64,000 bases of DNA from Eledone cirrhosa (lineage: Eukaryota): contig OZ024745.1 of NCBI GenBank assembly GCA_964016885.1, positions 83,204,001 through 83,268,000 of the forward strand, read 5' to 3'. A program made the translations under genes and the position numbers. Numbering within the stretch: position 1 is the stretch's first letter; each line of letters opens with the position of its first letter. The notes below the pieces were generated by a model. The model saw only the letters and a list, made by a program, of their open reading frames with translations. It was not told the origin of the DNA and searched no databases. This document shows positions 21,991-35,019 of this stretch, piece by piece.

Positions 21991-24900
21991 CTATTATTGT
22001 TCTTTGAGTCTCAGTCATTGATGTCATTTAACTGGAAAGTTTGTTGAAATGAATATCAAGCCTCATATTCTGGACGTATCGGAGGATTCTTGCCGTTCCC
22101 AGCAAGCATGCCTTTTGAAGCGTTCCAAAAAGCGGGGCGGGGCCAATTTTCTTTAACCATCCCTGGAAACCTTTTGAGATAGTTCCTAGTGCTCCGATGA
22201 CAATCCTAAAATCCCACAGCACCTTCACCTGATCGTTTTCTATCACCGACTCTGGCTTATGCTCATACCACTTCCCAGAATGTGGTAAATTGTTTACTTT
22301 GCATAGGTGCCAGTGGATCACCCTACCCATCACATCATGTCTCCAGTCTTTATAGTGAGTCTGGGCTAAGTATTTACACTCGGATACAATGTGAGCCACA
22401 GTCTCCTCTCTCCCTCCACAGATCCTACACAGTGAGCTAGCCTCATCCTTGTAAATATGGTGTTTCAACAAATTTATTTTGAGGGCCTGCTCTTGCGCAG
22501 CCATTAGCATTCCTTCTGTAGCCTTTTTAAGGTCTCCTCTTTTCAACCAGTTCCATGTCTGTGGATCTCTAAATTCAGTTTTCTCAAAGAAGGTACTATG
22601 AAGAGATGTTTTTATGAAGGTTGCTCTTCTTCCCTGTTGTTATTTCCTCCTTGGACATCTCCTGGTCTATTGTCCTCTCCTTCAGTAGAATTCTGAGCAT
22701 TGGCTCCCTACTATCAGTCACGTACTTGTGTAGGTTGTTTTTCTCCATCTGAACACAGTCCTCTATGCTGATAAGACCTCTTCCACCTTCAGATCTCCTT
22801 AAGTAGAGTCTATCGACATCACTCCTCTTGTGGAACATGTTGTATATAGTCAATAGCTTCCTAGTCTTCTTATCCATTTCTTTTTGTCCAGCAACATTCA
22901 GAATTCCCGCACTGTACCTAATAATAGACACAGCTCAGGAATTCACTGCACTTATGACATTCCTACTATTTAGATGTGATTTTAATATGCTCCTTACTCT
23001 CCTAATGTACTCAGATCTTATCGATTCCTTCATTTTTTGTTCTTGATGTCATGTGCCTCCAGAACACCTAAATATTTGTATACTTCTTCAGTGTCAATTT
23101 ACTTTATCATCTCACCTGTTGGTACCTGGATTCCGTTGCTTCTGTTCAATTTACGCCTCTTCCTCACTAGGACTCCACACTTATTAATACCAAATTGCAT
23201 ACATATATCACGGACAGTGTCAACAAGAACATCCAACTCCTTCTCACTCTTCCCAAAGAGTTTAAGATCGTCCATAAAGAGGAGGTGGTTCATTGTAAGC
23301 TCTCCTTTTCACAAATGATATGATGCTCTCACTTTTCGCTGTATAATGGTCAGGGGGATCAGACCAAGGACAAACAACAGAGGGGACAAACTATCTCCCT
23401 GGAAGATACCTCTCTTGATCTTCACGCCCGCAAGGATTCTCCACCCGATGTTAACTCTGTTTCCCAGGACTTTCACCTTGAAGATCTCTAGGCTTTTGGT
23501 GATCCAAGAATGAGGTACCATGTCGAATGCCTTTTTGTAATCAATCCATCCCATGGCAAGACCAGTGTGTCTCCTCTTGCAATTCCTCATTACCATCTTA
23601 TCAATAAGTAACTGGTCTTTTGTACCACGGGAGTTCTTTCGGCATCCTTTCTGTTCGTCCGGTAACAAGTTGTTTATATGGAGGTGATGGTAGATTTCGT
23701 CAGGCACAATGCTTGTTAACAGTTTCCACATTACAGATAGACATGTGATAGGTCTATAGTTGGTAACATCATTACCCTTGATTCTGTCTTTCATTACTAG
23801 AACTGTGGTACCTTTTGTCAACCACTCTGGTACCTTACCCGACATCAAGCAGTCATTGAACATGGTTGTCAGTTTAGTGTGGAGGGATGTTATATTTTGA
23901 ATCCAATACTGGGCCTGTTGGTGTGCTTGTTCACTAATCTCCTTTTGGACTGTTTCAATCCACACTGTCTGATCATTATGTTCAACATCCTGCTCCCATA
24001 TTCTTCTCCAGAATGTCTTAGTCTGTTCCGCCTCAGGGATCAAGTCGTTGCCTCTTTCTTTCTCTTCAAGCTGTCCAAACAACATCTTCTGTTGGTTGTA
24101 AAACATGCGGTTGTGTCTATACTGACTGACTCTGCTCTCATACCACCTAATGCACTCTTTGCTACAATGCGTTGCTTCAGTTCCTCTATGATTGATATTT
24201 AGCTTTTCCTCCTAGTTTTGTACTTTATTTCTAGTCTATTTTTAGTGTCTATGTTTTGTAGTGTCCCATTCAGAAGGGACTCAAGCTTTCCAATGTAATT
24301 TCTCATTTCCCTCCCTGATTTGACCATTCAGTCGTTTCTTCCACCAAGGTTCTGATCTTTCTTGTTTGTTGTTTCCTCTCGTTTTTATGCCAAGTAATTT
24401 CCTAACCGCATTTGCTGTTGCTTCGAGGATATTGTTGCATTGGTGAAGGTTCCTCGCCTCAATGTATGGGATGACTTTCTTTACCTTAGCTGTTGTTTCT
24501 TTTAACTTTTTCCTGTCTACAAATATTAGGTTCATAGGTTTCCCACTATCATTGTTCATTTCATCTACCACTGAGTTTAGGATATCAACCAAATCTTGCC
24601 CTAGCTCGTCAGCATTCATTTCTTCAATGGCCGTATCTTTGTTCCAGGTGTTATTTATTTCAGCATTCAGATCATTGTCTGCTTCGGATGCTTCCTCCGT
24701 TCTCTCAACCTCTTTACCTTTATTTCCCACTGGCTCGTTTGTCTGGTATACTCCACACTCCATTTCTAACCTAATCTCTCTGCTCAGTTCCTTCAGTTCC
24801 AACTCGCTTATCCATCCATTAGTTCTTATTACCCGAGCCTGCCCGGCCAATTTTTGTTCATCTAATTTAAATAGACCAATCTCGTTCCAGATGTTATGCA

Positions 24901-25380
24901 CTCGTTTCCTATAGCCTTTTTCCTTGGGGTTACTCTTCAGGTAACATTCCATGACAGTTCTATTCAATTCTTTCGTCCAGTTGTTTCTTGTCCCTTTTCT
25001 TCTCCTTCCTCCAACACCAGCAGTATTTGGATGACAGCCAGGCTCCTGCTGCTGGGCCAGCGTGCACTTGCTGGTTGAGAGTCTGTCACATGACGTTCCA
25101 GCCTCCTCTTCACCGTTAGGTTCGACATTTAAACACTCATATCGAGGATTTGTGAATGTATGGTTACATAACCACCGGTGATTTGATCACCCCCAGTGAT
25201 TTCATCACACTCAGTGATTTTAGCGTGGCACCATCACGCTGTAGACGAACATAAATAAATAAACAATTTTAGCTACATCGGAAGTAGGGGTTGTTGCGTT
25301 CAAAACTTTTGAAATTTGTTTTCGTTGTTGGATTTGATTTTGTCTGTGTTCTGTTCTATAATCTTTAGACTTGTTGCTTA
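21990..25380 (-). mobile_element. Family-A R4/Dong copy A2, near full length, older, with internal deletions and frameshifts
   Basis: ORFs 24281-24967, 23309-24106, 23099-23293, 22596-22931 and 22028-22546; TTA tracts at both ends. Confidence 0.9.
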
Positions 25381-25536
25381 TTATTATTATTATTATATTA
25401 TAGTTTAGATTTGACATCGTTTAAACTAAACCTTTTGAGAGAGTTTAGGGATACAACAACAATAATTATTTTGGTGTTGTTGTTGTTGTTTGACCGGGTC
25501 ACTAAATCAGTCTATTTATATCTTTTGATGCCTTCC

Positions 25537-25574
<38 letters not shown>

Positions 25575-25576
<2 letters not shown>

Positions 25577-28541
25577 GTTGTTATTCCTTGAATCTCAGTC
25601 ATTGATGTTGGTTAACTGGAAAGTCTGTTGGAATGAATATCAAGCCACTACCTGCAGCCTCAGATATTCAGGACGTATCGGAGGGTTCTTACTGTTCCAA
25701 GCAAGCATGCCTTTTGAAGCGTTCCAAAAAGGCAGGCGGGGCCAATTTTCTTTAACCATCCCCAGTGCGCCTATGACAATCGGGATCACTTTGACTTCAT
25801 GGCAGTTCCAAATCCTTTTCACCTCCCACTTTAGGTCCTGGTATCGGTTAATTTTCTCCCTCTCCTTCTCTTGCACTCTCGTGTCGAACGGGCAGGCCAC
25901 ATCCACAATCAGACACGATCTTTTTTCTTTGTCCACAACCACCAGGTCAGGTCTATTGTGTTCCAGTTTTTTGTCCGTCTGTATCCTAAAATCCCACAGC
26001 ACCTTCACCTGATTGTTCTCCATCACCGCCTCCGGCCTATGCTCATACCATTTCTCAGAATGTGGTAAATTGTTTACTTTGCACAGGTGCCAGTGGATCA
26101 CCCTGCCCATCACGTGGTGTCTCCAGCCCTTATAGTAGGTCTGGGCTAGGTGTTTACACTCGGACACAATGTGAGCCACAGTCTCCCCTCTCTCTCCACA
26201 GATCCTGCACAGTGGGCTAGCCTCCTCCTTGTAAATATGGTGCTTCAACCACTTCGTTTTGAGGGCCTGCTCCTGCGCAGCCATTATCATTCCTTCTGTA
26301 GCCTTTTTGAGGTCTCCTCTTCTCAACCAGTTCCATGTCTGTGGATCTCTAAATTCAGTTTTCTCAAAGAAGCTACTATGAAGGGATTTTCCCTTAAGGC
26401 TGCTCTTCCTCCTTGATGTTATTTCCTCCTTGGACATCCCCTGGCCTACTGTCCCCTCCTTCAGTACAGTTCTGAGCATTGGCTCCTTACTATAGGTCAC
26501 GTATTTGTATAGGTTGTTTTTCTCCATCTGAACACAGTCCTCTATGCTGATAAGACCTCTTCCACCCCCAGATCTCCTTAGGTAGAGTCTATCGACATCA
26601 CTCCTCTTGTGGAACATGTTGTAGATAGTCAATAGCTTCCTAGTCTTCCTATCCATTTCTTTTTGTTCAGCAACATTCCATCTCAGAATTCCCGCACTGT
26701 ACCTAATAATAGACACAGCTCGGGAATTTACTGCGCTTATGGCATTTCTGCTGTTCAGATGTGACTTCAATACGCTCCTTACTCTCCGAATGTATTCAGT
26801 TCTTAACAATTCCTTCATTTTTTTGTTCTTTATGCCATCAGCCTCCAGAACGCCCAAATACTTGTATCCTTCCTCAGAGTCAATTTCCTTTATCATCTCA
26901 CCTGTTGGTATCTGGATCCCGTTACTTCTGCTCAACCTACCCCTCCTCATCACAATGACTCCACATTTACCAATACCAAACTGCATACATATATCACTGG
27001 TGAAAATACGGACAGTGTCAACAAGCACATCCAACTCCTTCTCACTTTTCCCGAAGAGCTTAAGATCGTCCATGAAGAGGAGGTGATTGATGGTAAACTC
27101 TCCCCTTCCCAACTTGTATCCTGCTCTCACTTTTCGCAGCATAATAGTCAAGGGCATCAGGGCAAGGACAAACAACAGAGGGGACAGGCTATCTCCCTGG
27201 AAGATACCTCTCTTGATCTTCACGCTTCCCAAGGATACTCCAGTTGATGTCAACTCTGTCTCCCAGGACCCCATACTCCTGCCTAGCAACTGTCTGATGT
27301 TATCTGCCACCCTGAAGATCTCCAGGCTTTTGGTGATCCAAGAATGAGGCACCATGTCAAATGCCTTTCTGTAGTCTATCCATCCCATGGCAAGATCAGT
27401 GTGTCTCCTCCTGCAATTCCCCATTACCATCTTATCAGTAAGTAACTGGTCTTTTGTACCACGTGACTTCTTTCGGCATCCTTTCTGTTCATCCGGTAAC
27501 AAGTTGTTTGTATGGAGGTGATGGTAGATTTCCTCAGACACAATGCTCGTCAACAGTTTCCACATTACGGACAGACATGTGATAGGTCTATAGTTGGTAA
27601 CATCATTACCCTTGATTCGGTCTTTCATTATCAGAACTGTGGTACCTTTTGTCAACCACTCTGGCACCTCACCCGACACCAAGCAGTCATTGAACATGGC
27701 CGTCAGCTTCGGGTGGAGGGATGTTAAATGTTTAATCCAATACCCCTGCACACCATCTGGGCCTGGTGATTTCCAGTTGGTTAGTTTTTTGGCCTGCCCC
27801 TTAAGAGTTTCAACTGTGATACTCAAATCAGTTTGTTGTTGTGCCTGCTCACCGATCTCCCTCTGTACTGTCTCAATCCACCCTGCCTGGACATTATGTC
27901 TAACATCCTGCTCCCATATTCCTCTCCAGAATGTTTTAGTTTGCTCCGCCCCAGGGATCAAGTCGCTGCCTCTTTCTTTCCCCTCAAGCTGTCCAAACAG
28001 CATCTTCTGGTTGTTGTCGAACATGCGGTTCTGTTTATACTGACTGACTCTGTTCTCGTATCGCCTAATTTTTGCACTCTTTGCTACAATGCGTTGCTTC
28101 AGTTCCTCTATGATAATATTTAGCTTTTTCCTCCTAGTTTTGTATTTTATTTCCAGTCTATTTTTAGGGCCTATGTTTTTTAGTGTCCCATTCAGTAGTG
28201 ACTCAAGCTTTCCTATCTCATTTCTCATTTCCCCGATTTGCCCACTCAGTCGCTTCTTCCACCACGGCTCTGCTCTTTCTTGTCTGTTGTTTCCTCTCGC
28301 TTTTATACCAAGTAGTTTCCTCACCGTATTTGCTGTTGCTTGGAGGATATTGTTGCACTGGTGAAGGCTCCTCGCCTCAAGGTATGGGATGACTTTGTTT
28401 ACCTTAGCTGTTGTTTCTTTTAACTTTTTCCTGTCTACAAATCTTAGGTTCATAGGTCTCCCACTATCATTGTTCAATTCATCTACCACTAAATTTAGGA
28501 TGTCAACCGAATCTTGTCCTAGCCCGTCAGCATTCATCTCC
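25575..28541 (-). mobile_element. Family-A copy A3, 5'-truncated, between (TTA)n tracts
   Basis: Conserved 3' UTR (ttgaatctcagtcattgatg...) and a long RT-RLE ORF. Confidence 0.95.
25640..28537 (-). pseudogene. 965-aa open RT + CCHC + RLE polyprotein lacking its N-terminus, with a C-terminal deletion/frameshift
   Basis: [56 protein letters not shown]...[20 protein letters not shown]. Confidence 0.9.
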
Positions 28542-28589
<48 letters not shown>

Positions 28590-28590
<1 letters not shown>

Positions 28591-29405
28591 GTTATTGTTA
28601 TTCTTTGAATCTCAGTCATTGATGTTGGTTAACTGGAAAGTCCGTTGGATTGAATATCAAGCCACTACCTGCAGCCTCAGATATTCAGGACGTATCGGAG
28701 GGTTCTTGCCGTTCCAAGCAAGCATGCCTTTTGAAGCGTTCCAAAAAGCGTGAAGAGGCCGATTTTCTTTAACCATCCCTGGAAACCTTTGGAGATAGTC
28801 CCCAGTGCGCCTATGACAATCGGGATCACTTTGACTTCATGGCAGTTCCAAATCCTTTTCACCTCCCACTTTAGGTCCTGGTATCGGTTAATTTTCTCCC
28901 TCTCCTTCTCTTGCACTCTCGTGTCGAACGGGCAGGCCACATCCACAATCAGACACGATCTTTTTTCTTTGTCCACAACCACCAGGTCAGGTCTATTGTG
29001 TTCCAGTTTTTTGTCCGTCTGTATCCTAAAATCCTATCCTAAAATCCCACAGCACCTTCACCTGACTGTTCTCCATCACCGCCTCTGGCCTATGCTCATA
29101 CCATTTCTCAGAATGTGGTAGATTGTTTACTTTGCACAGGTGCCAGTGGATCACCCTGCCCATCACATCGTGTCTCCAGCCCTTATAGTGGGTCTGGGCT
29201 AGGTGTTTACACTCGGACACAATGTGAGCCACAGTCTCCTCTCTCTCTCCACAGATCCTGCACAGTGGGCTAGCCTCCTCCTTGTAGATATGGTGCTTCA
29301 ACCACTTCGTTTTGAGGGCCTGCTCCTGCGCAGCCATTAGCATTCCTTCTGTAGCCTTTTTGAGGTCTCCTCTTCTCAACCAGTTCCATGTCTGTGGATC
29401 TCTAA

Positions 29406-29409
<4 letters not shown>
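28590..29409 (-). mobile_element. Family-A copy A4 (3' ~820 bp) between (TTA)n tracts
   Basis: ORFs 28677-28982 and 29026-29379; small internal duplication at ~29030. Confidence 0.92.
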
Positions 29410-29443
<34 letters not shown>

Positions 29444-29444
<1 letters not shown>

Positions 29445-29943
29445 TGCATTTATCTTGCTTTATGTTTATACGAGTTATCACCAAGTCACAACCAGTGACC
29501 TCAAGAGACAACAAGGTCCGCCATGTTCAAGAAAGAACATACATATTCACACATGCATCCTTGTGATGTACTTATATTGACAGGATCTTCCTTAGTATAT
29601 GGGCAGTTCCCATTAGTACTATCTTTTGTATTTCTCCTATACGCGGGTTTCCTGGGATTTGCGATAAGTAGTCGTTTGACCCCTTAGGTATCATTCCCAG
29701 AGCGCCTACAACCACTGGTATTGTTTTAGTTCTCAATTTCCACATTTTTCAAATTTCTATCTCCAGGTCCTTATACTTGCTCAATTTTTCAAATGTTTTT
29801 ATAGATACATTCTTGTCTATTGGAACAGACATATCAATTAGCAGGCATACCTTCCTTTGAAAGTCCTTCAATATTATATCAGGTCTATTTGCATCTATTT
29901 TTCGGTCTGTTTGGATGCTAAAGTTCCACAAGATTGAGATGTG

Positions 29944-29945
<2 letters not shown>
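29444..29945 (-). mobile_element. Family-B 3' fragment (RLE C-terminus + 3' UTR) between (TTA)n tracts
   Basis: WNFSIQTDRKIDANRPDIILKD...KLSKYKDLEIEI...GTAHILRKILSI*; the 3' UTR ends in (TAA)n on the minus strand. Confidence 0.9.
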
Positions 29946-30001
<56 letters not shown>

Positions 30002-30003
<2 letters not shown>

Positions 30004-30302
30004 ATTCTTTGAGTCTCAGTCATTGATGTTAGTTAATTGGAAAGTTTGTTGAAATGAATATCAAGCCACTACCTTCAGCCTCAGATATTCAGGACGTATC
30101 GGAGGGTTCTTGCTGTTCCCAGCAAGCATGCCTTTTCAAGCGTTCCAAAAAGCGTGAAGGAGCCAATTTTCTTTAACCACCCCTGGAAACTTTTTGAGAT
30201 AGTCACTAGTGCGCCTATGACAATCTGGATCACCTTGACTTCATGGCAGTTCCAAATCCTTTTTACCTCCCACTTTAAGTCCTGGTATCAGTTAATTTTC
30301 TC
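30002..30302 (-). mobile_element. Family-A 3' 300 bp (A5), fused directly to a family-B body
   Basis: A-type 3' UTR and C-terminus ending at ...ttaattttctc, followed at once by B sequence. Confidence 0.88.
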
Positions 30303-33300
30303 GGATTTCCTGGAATTTGCGATAAGTAATCATTAGATAAGTAATCATTAGACCCCTTAGGTATCATTCCCAGAGCGCCTACAACCACTGGTATTGTTTT
30401 AGTTCTCAATTTCCACATTTTTTCCAATTTCTATCTCCAGGTCCTTATACTTGCTCAATTTTTCAAATGTTTTTATAGATACATTCTTGTCTATTGGAAC
30501 AGACATATCAATTAGCAGGCATACCCTCTTTTTAAAGTCCTTCAATATTATATCAGGTCTATTTGCATCTATTTTTCGGTCTGTTTGGATGCTAAAGTTC
30601 CACAGGATTGAGATGTGATCTTTTTCAAGTATGGGAGGTGATTGATGCTCCCACCAATTCTTTTGATGGGGCAGGTCAAAATGCTTACACATTATCCAAT
30701 GTATGTATTATGCAGCTCTGTCATGCCTGTTTAGGTATTCGGTTGGAGCTATAGGACTGCACATTGAAATTATATGGTCAATGGTTTCTGGTTGTTTTTT
30801 GCATACACGGCATAATGGGCTGCATCCATTTTTTATTATGTTGGCTTGGTAATTTTTTGTTGGCAGACACTGATCTTGTGCTGATATAATCAGTCCTTCA
30901 GTCTCCGATTTCAGTCCAGAGGATGCCAACCACTGATGGGTTAAAGTTTTGTCAACATCAGGATTGTTAGCTCGCTATGGGTATTTTCCATACAGAGGCT
31001 TTTCTTGCCATTTCTTAGCCAGTTTCTGTAGCAGTTCTTTCTTTGCAGTTACTTTTACCTGCTTTACTTTTTCTGTGTTTTCCATTTCAGCAGTAAATGG
31101 GACTTCTGAAATTTGTAGTCCATTACTGTATCTTTGTGCATCTTTTGTAATGGAATATGATCTTTTGATGCTTTCGTGCTTCAAAACTTAGATAGGTAGA
31201 TAATCCAATTGTTGCAGTTTTCAACGCAATGTCTAACTGGATTAACCCACATCCTCCTTCTTTCCTAGGGAGATATATTATATCTATATCTGCCTTAGGG
31301 TGATGCATTCTGTGCATGGTTAAGAATTTTCGAATTTTTGTATCGAGCCTACGGATCTCTGTGCTTGATCAGTTGATGACATTGTAACTGTAGGTTACTA
31401 CTGGTATGGCAAGCGTGTTTATGGCATCGATCCTATTCCTTGCATTCAATTCCGTTCTTAAGATTGCTCTTACTCTGCGGTAACATTCCTTCCTTATCCT
31501 TTCCCTCATTGTCGAGTCTCCTTCACAAACACCTAGATATGTGTAAGTTTTTTCTTGATCAAGTTCTCTTATCACGTTCCCCCGATCAAGATTAATGTCT
31601 AAACTCTTCAGCAGCTTTCCTCTGGTGAACGTTGCTTTGGCGCATTTATCTAGTCCAAACTCCATTTTAATGTCATCATTGAACTGCTCCACAGTGGATA
31701 ATAGCCCTTGCAATTGTTCATCATTTTTTTGCAAATAGTTTCAGGTCATCCATGTAGAACAAGTGCTTAATGGTTTTGTCATAGACCTTATATCCATGTT
31801 TTGTTTCATTGAGCATTTTACTTAATGGCATAAGTGCGATGCAGAATAAACGCGGGATAAAGAGTCACCCTGAAAAATTCCACAATTAATATTAACTTCT
31901 CCATCTTCCAGTGATTTTGTTTCACTATTCAAAAGGAGTGTCGTTTTCCATATCTTCATACTGAATGACAAAAACTTCCTGACAACGGGGGATATTTTGA
32001 AAATCTCTAAACATTTTTCAATCCAACTGTGTGGCAAACTATCGAATGCTTTTTTATAATCTATCCAAGCAATTGATAGATTTTTTTGTCTATTATGACA
32101 ATCTTCCAGTATCATTTTGTTAACCAGAAGCTGATCCTTACAGCCATATGAGCCTCGTTTACACCCTTTCTGCTCAATGGGAAATAGGTCATTTGTTATC
32201 AGGTGGTCATATGTGTATTCAGTTAGGACTGATGTTAACATTTTATACATTGTGGTCAAGCAAGTTATCGGTCTGTAATTGTTGGGATTGTTTGCCTCAT
32301 CATTCTTCGGAAGCAGGAATGTAATGCCGTTAACTAGCCATGATGGTATCTTTTCTGGCTCCTTAACTATTTCATTGTAAAGTTGGGCTAACAGCTCATG
32401 AGACTCTGTGAAGGCATTTATCGAAAAGTTTTGTATTTTGTCTTTTCCTGGGGATTTCCATTTGCTGGTTTTTCTTAGAGCCAAGCGCAACTGTTCAACT
32501 GTTATATTTCCCCAGATTTGTTCCTCAAGGTGAGCTGTATCTTTCATTTGTCTGTCTATCCATGGGGCATGTATGTTATGAACTTTTTCTTCGGCCCAGA
32601 TCTTTTCCCAGAATTCTTGCACTTCCTCCTTGGGTGGTATTGATTTAGCAGTTATTGTTGACTTACCAATTTTTCTGTAGAAGTTTCTTTGGTTGTTTTT
32701 GAACATATTATTGTCCTTATAGAATCTAGATCGTTTTTCAAAGCGCCTTATACGAGCAGCTTTGGCCGACACTTTTTGCTTGATTATTTCTATCAGCATG
32801 TCTATGTCACTTGTTGATTTTATACTGTACTTTTTTTTCAATTTTCTAAGTTTAGTTTGTTTAACATGTTCACCTAGTTTGTTAAAATTTCTATGTCAGA
32901 TCGAAGAAGGTTTATTTGGCGATTGATGTTCTCTTGCCAAGTAGATTTCTTGTGGGAATTCCTTTGTTTTTTCATCTTCACTCCACATAAGTGAGTGGTG
33001 ACTTTAGCCGATGCATAATAGAGATGATTTAAATCAGTAATGTTTAGTTTGTTTGTGATGATAATGTTTTTGAGAATTATGTTAGTCTTGTGTATTATCT
33101 TTTGGTTCTGTTTGGAGTTCTGGATCTTAAGGAGGGTGTCTCGTTGCCCCATGTCAGATTCTTTCATTTTCATCCATTCGATCATAATTTCATCCTTCAA
33201 GTTGGCAAGTTCATTCTCATTCATTTCTTTATCATTTACGATCTCATTTTCTCATTTGGAGTTTCATCTTGAGCATGCACTCCCTTCACTTTTTCGATCC

Positions 33301-34040
33301 TTTCTTTAATTTATTCTGTTGCCAGTGATTCCGCCCCAACCCTGGGATTCGAAGTGTTACAATTTACCTCGTTTTCACTGACACATGTTTCATTTTCCCT
33401 TCGCTGACTTTGTACTAATAGCTTGATCTGATCAATTTCTATATCAGTTAGTAACTTTCTTTTTACAATATTTCTTCGTATATTGGCTAGTTTGTTACTG
33501 TCAATATAGCCTCTGTTTTCGGGATGTTTCTTTTTTCAGTTGATATATGTCTGTTCTGTATTCGATGTATTTGATGGGTAGTACATGGCAGTGTAGAAAG
33601 CCTCAAGGACTTCTTTATTATCTTCCCTTGACCATTTTTCTCTCTTTTTCTTTGGATTTCTTGGTGGTGAGCATGGAGGGCCAACAGTAGGAGTATTCCG
33701 GTTATGGGAGGTCTCCAGCTCCGAAGTGATGGGAAGGTTTGAACCATTAGCTGATTTTTCGACCCCAGTCTGGTTCCTCTCTGAGGGACGCGGCCCTTTT
33801 TTACCCGGGTGACGGCCGATCCGGTATGAGATTTTATCATTAGACATTTACTTTATTTTGTCGCGTTTTATCCTTATCCGCCAAGGGGTAATCATTTCGT
33901 GTTACCGCTTCTAGAACGAGTGTCAACCAAGACTAGAGGGTTCGTTCTCCCCTAGAGACACGGCTATTCCCCGCCGGCCGCCATCCCGGTATTTCTTAGT
34001 CACGGGGTTTTCTTTTTGTTGTTTTTTTAAAATTGTTATT
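30303..34040 (-). mobile_element. Family-B R4/Dong-type retrotransposon, 5'-complete, lacking its own 3' end, frameshifted
   Basis: ORFs 33536-33847, 32874-33224, 31822-32841, 31369-31734, 30708-30929 and 30399-30692 carry N-terminal, RT, CRVC...HIISMC, RHD and RPD motifs. Confidence 0.92.
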
Positions 34041-34044
34041 ATCA

Positions 34045-34984
34045 TGAGTGGTTCCTTAATGTGAGCATTGCGTGGCTTAAGAATGAAATTATTAATAATG
34101 GTCTCCACTCCAGGCACAAGGCCAGCAATCACCCAGTGCATTACAATAATATAATATACTTTTTGCTGAAGCTGCCTGTTATTGTTGTTGGCTATGTCGG
34201 TAGTGGTGCTGGGGCTTTTTATATTGTTGGTGAGGAAGGTGGGAGCCAGCAGTGCCATAGGTGTTGACGTTTGGCCGGTGGCCAGGTCACTAAGTCAATC
34301 TATTTATATATTTTGCTAGCCTCTCCTTTGTCTAGTGATACCGCCACCTTCCCCTTTCTTAAGTTAACAGGGGAATAGTGGTGGTAGCAATGAAGGAGTG
34401 GTGGCGGCGGTGATGGGATAGTGGTAGCAATGAATGATGGAGTGGTGGCGGCAGTGGCGTTGTCGTTACTGAGGTTTGTGATATGTAGTATCTATGAGTT
34501 TGTGTCGCGTATGTTTAATATATATTGTGTTGACATATTCCCGTAAAATTGGAATTAAACATTTTGTTAAAACTTGAGACAATAATAATAGTAATTATTA
34601 TTAAGATGCTGGGATTGGTGGTGGTCGTGGTGAAATTGCCGTTATCTGGCTGTTATATTTAGTGTGATGGGGTAGGTGGTGTATCAAGTTTCTGGTGTTG
34701 GTGAAATTGCTGTTATTTGGCTGTACTATATAGTGTAGACAGAGGGTGTGTTCTTCCATTTATAACCATTTTCTTTTTTGAATACAAAATATGTAATACA
34801 AAATTGAATATTTGAGCGATATAACATTATAATATGGATCCGAAATTTTATGGGACTTGATTTGGTGGTTTATGCAACATTTGTACTAAGAATTGTTATT
34901 TCACAATTGATTTAAATATGTTAAAAATCAAAAACTTACGGGAGCGATTTCATGACCTTCTACCACCTCGTGCGTCTTCTTCCC

Positions 34985-34985
<1 letters not shown>
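34045..34985. repeat. Spacer segment of the tandem unit
   Basis: Near-identical to 42698-43638; diverged paralog at 836-1724. Confidence 0.85.
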
Positions 34986-35018
<33 letters not shown>

Positions 35019-35019
<1 letters not shown>

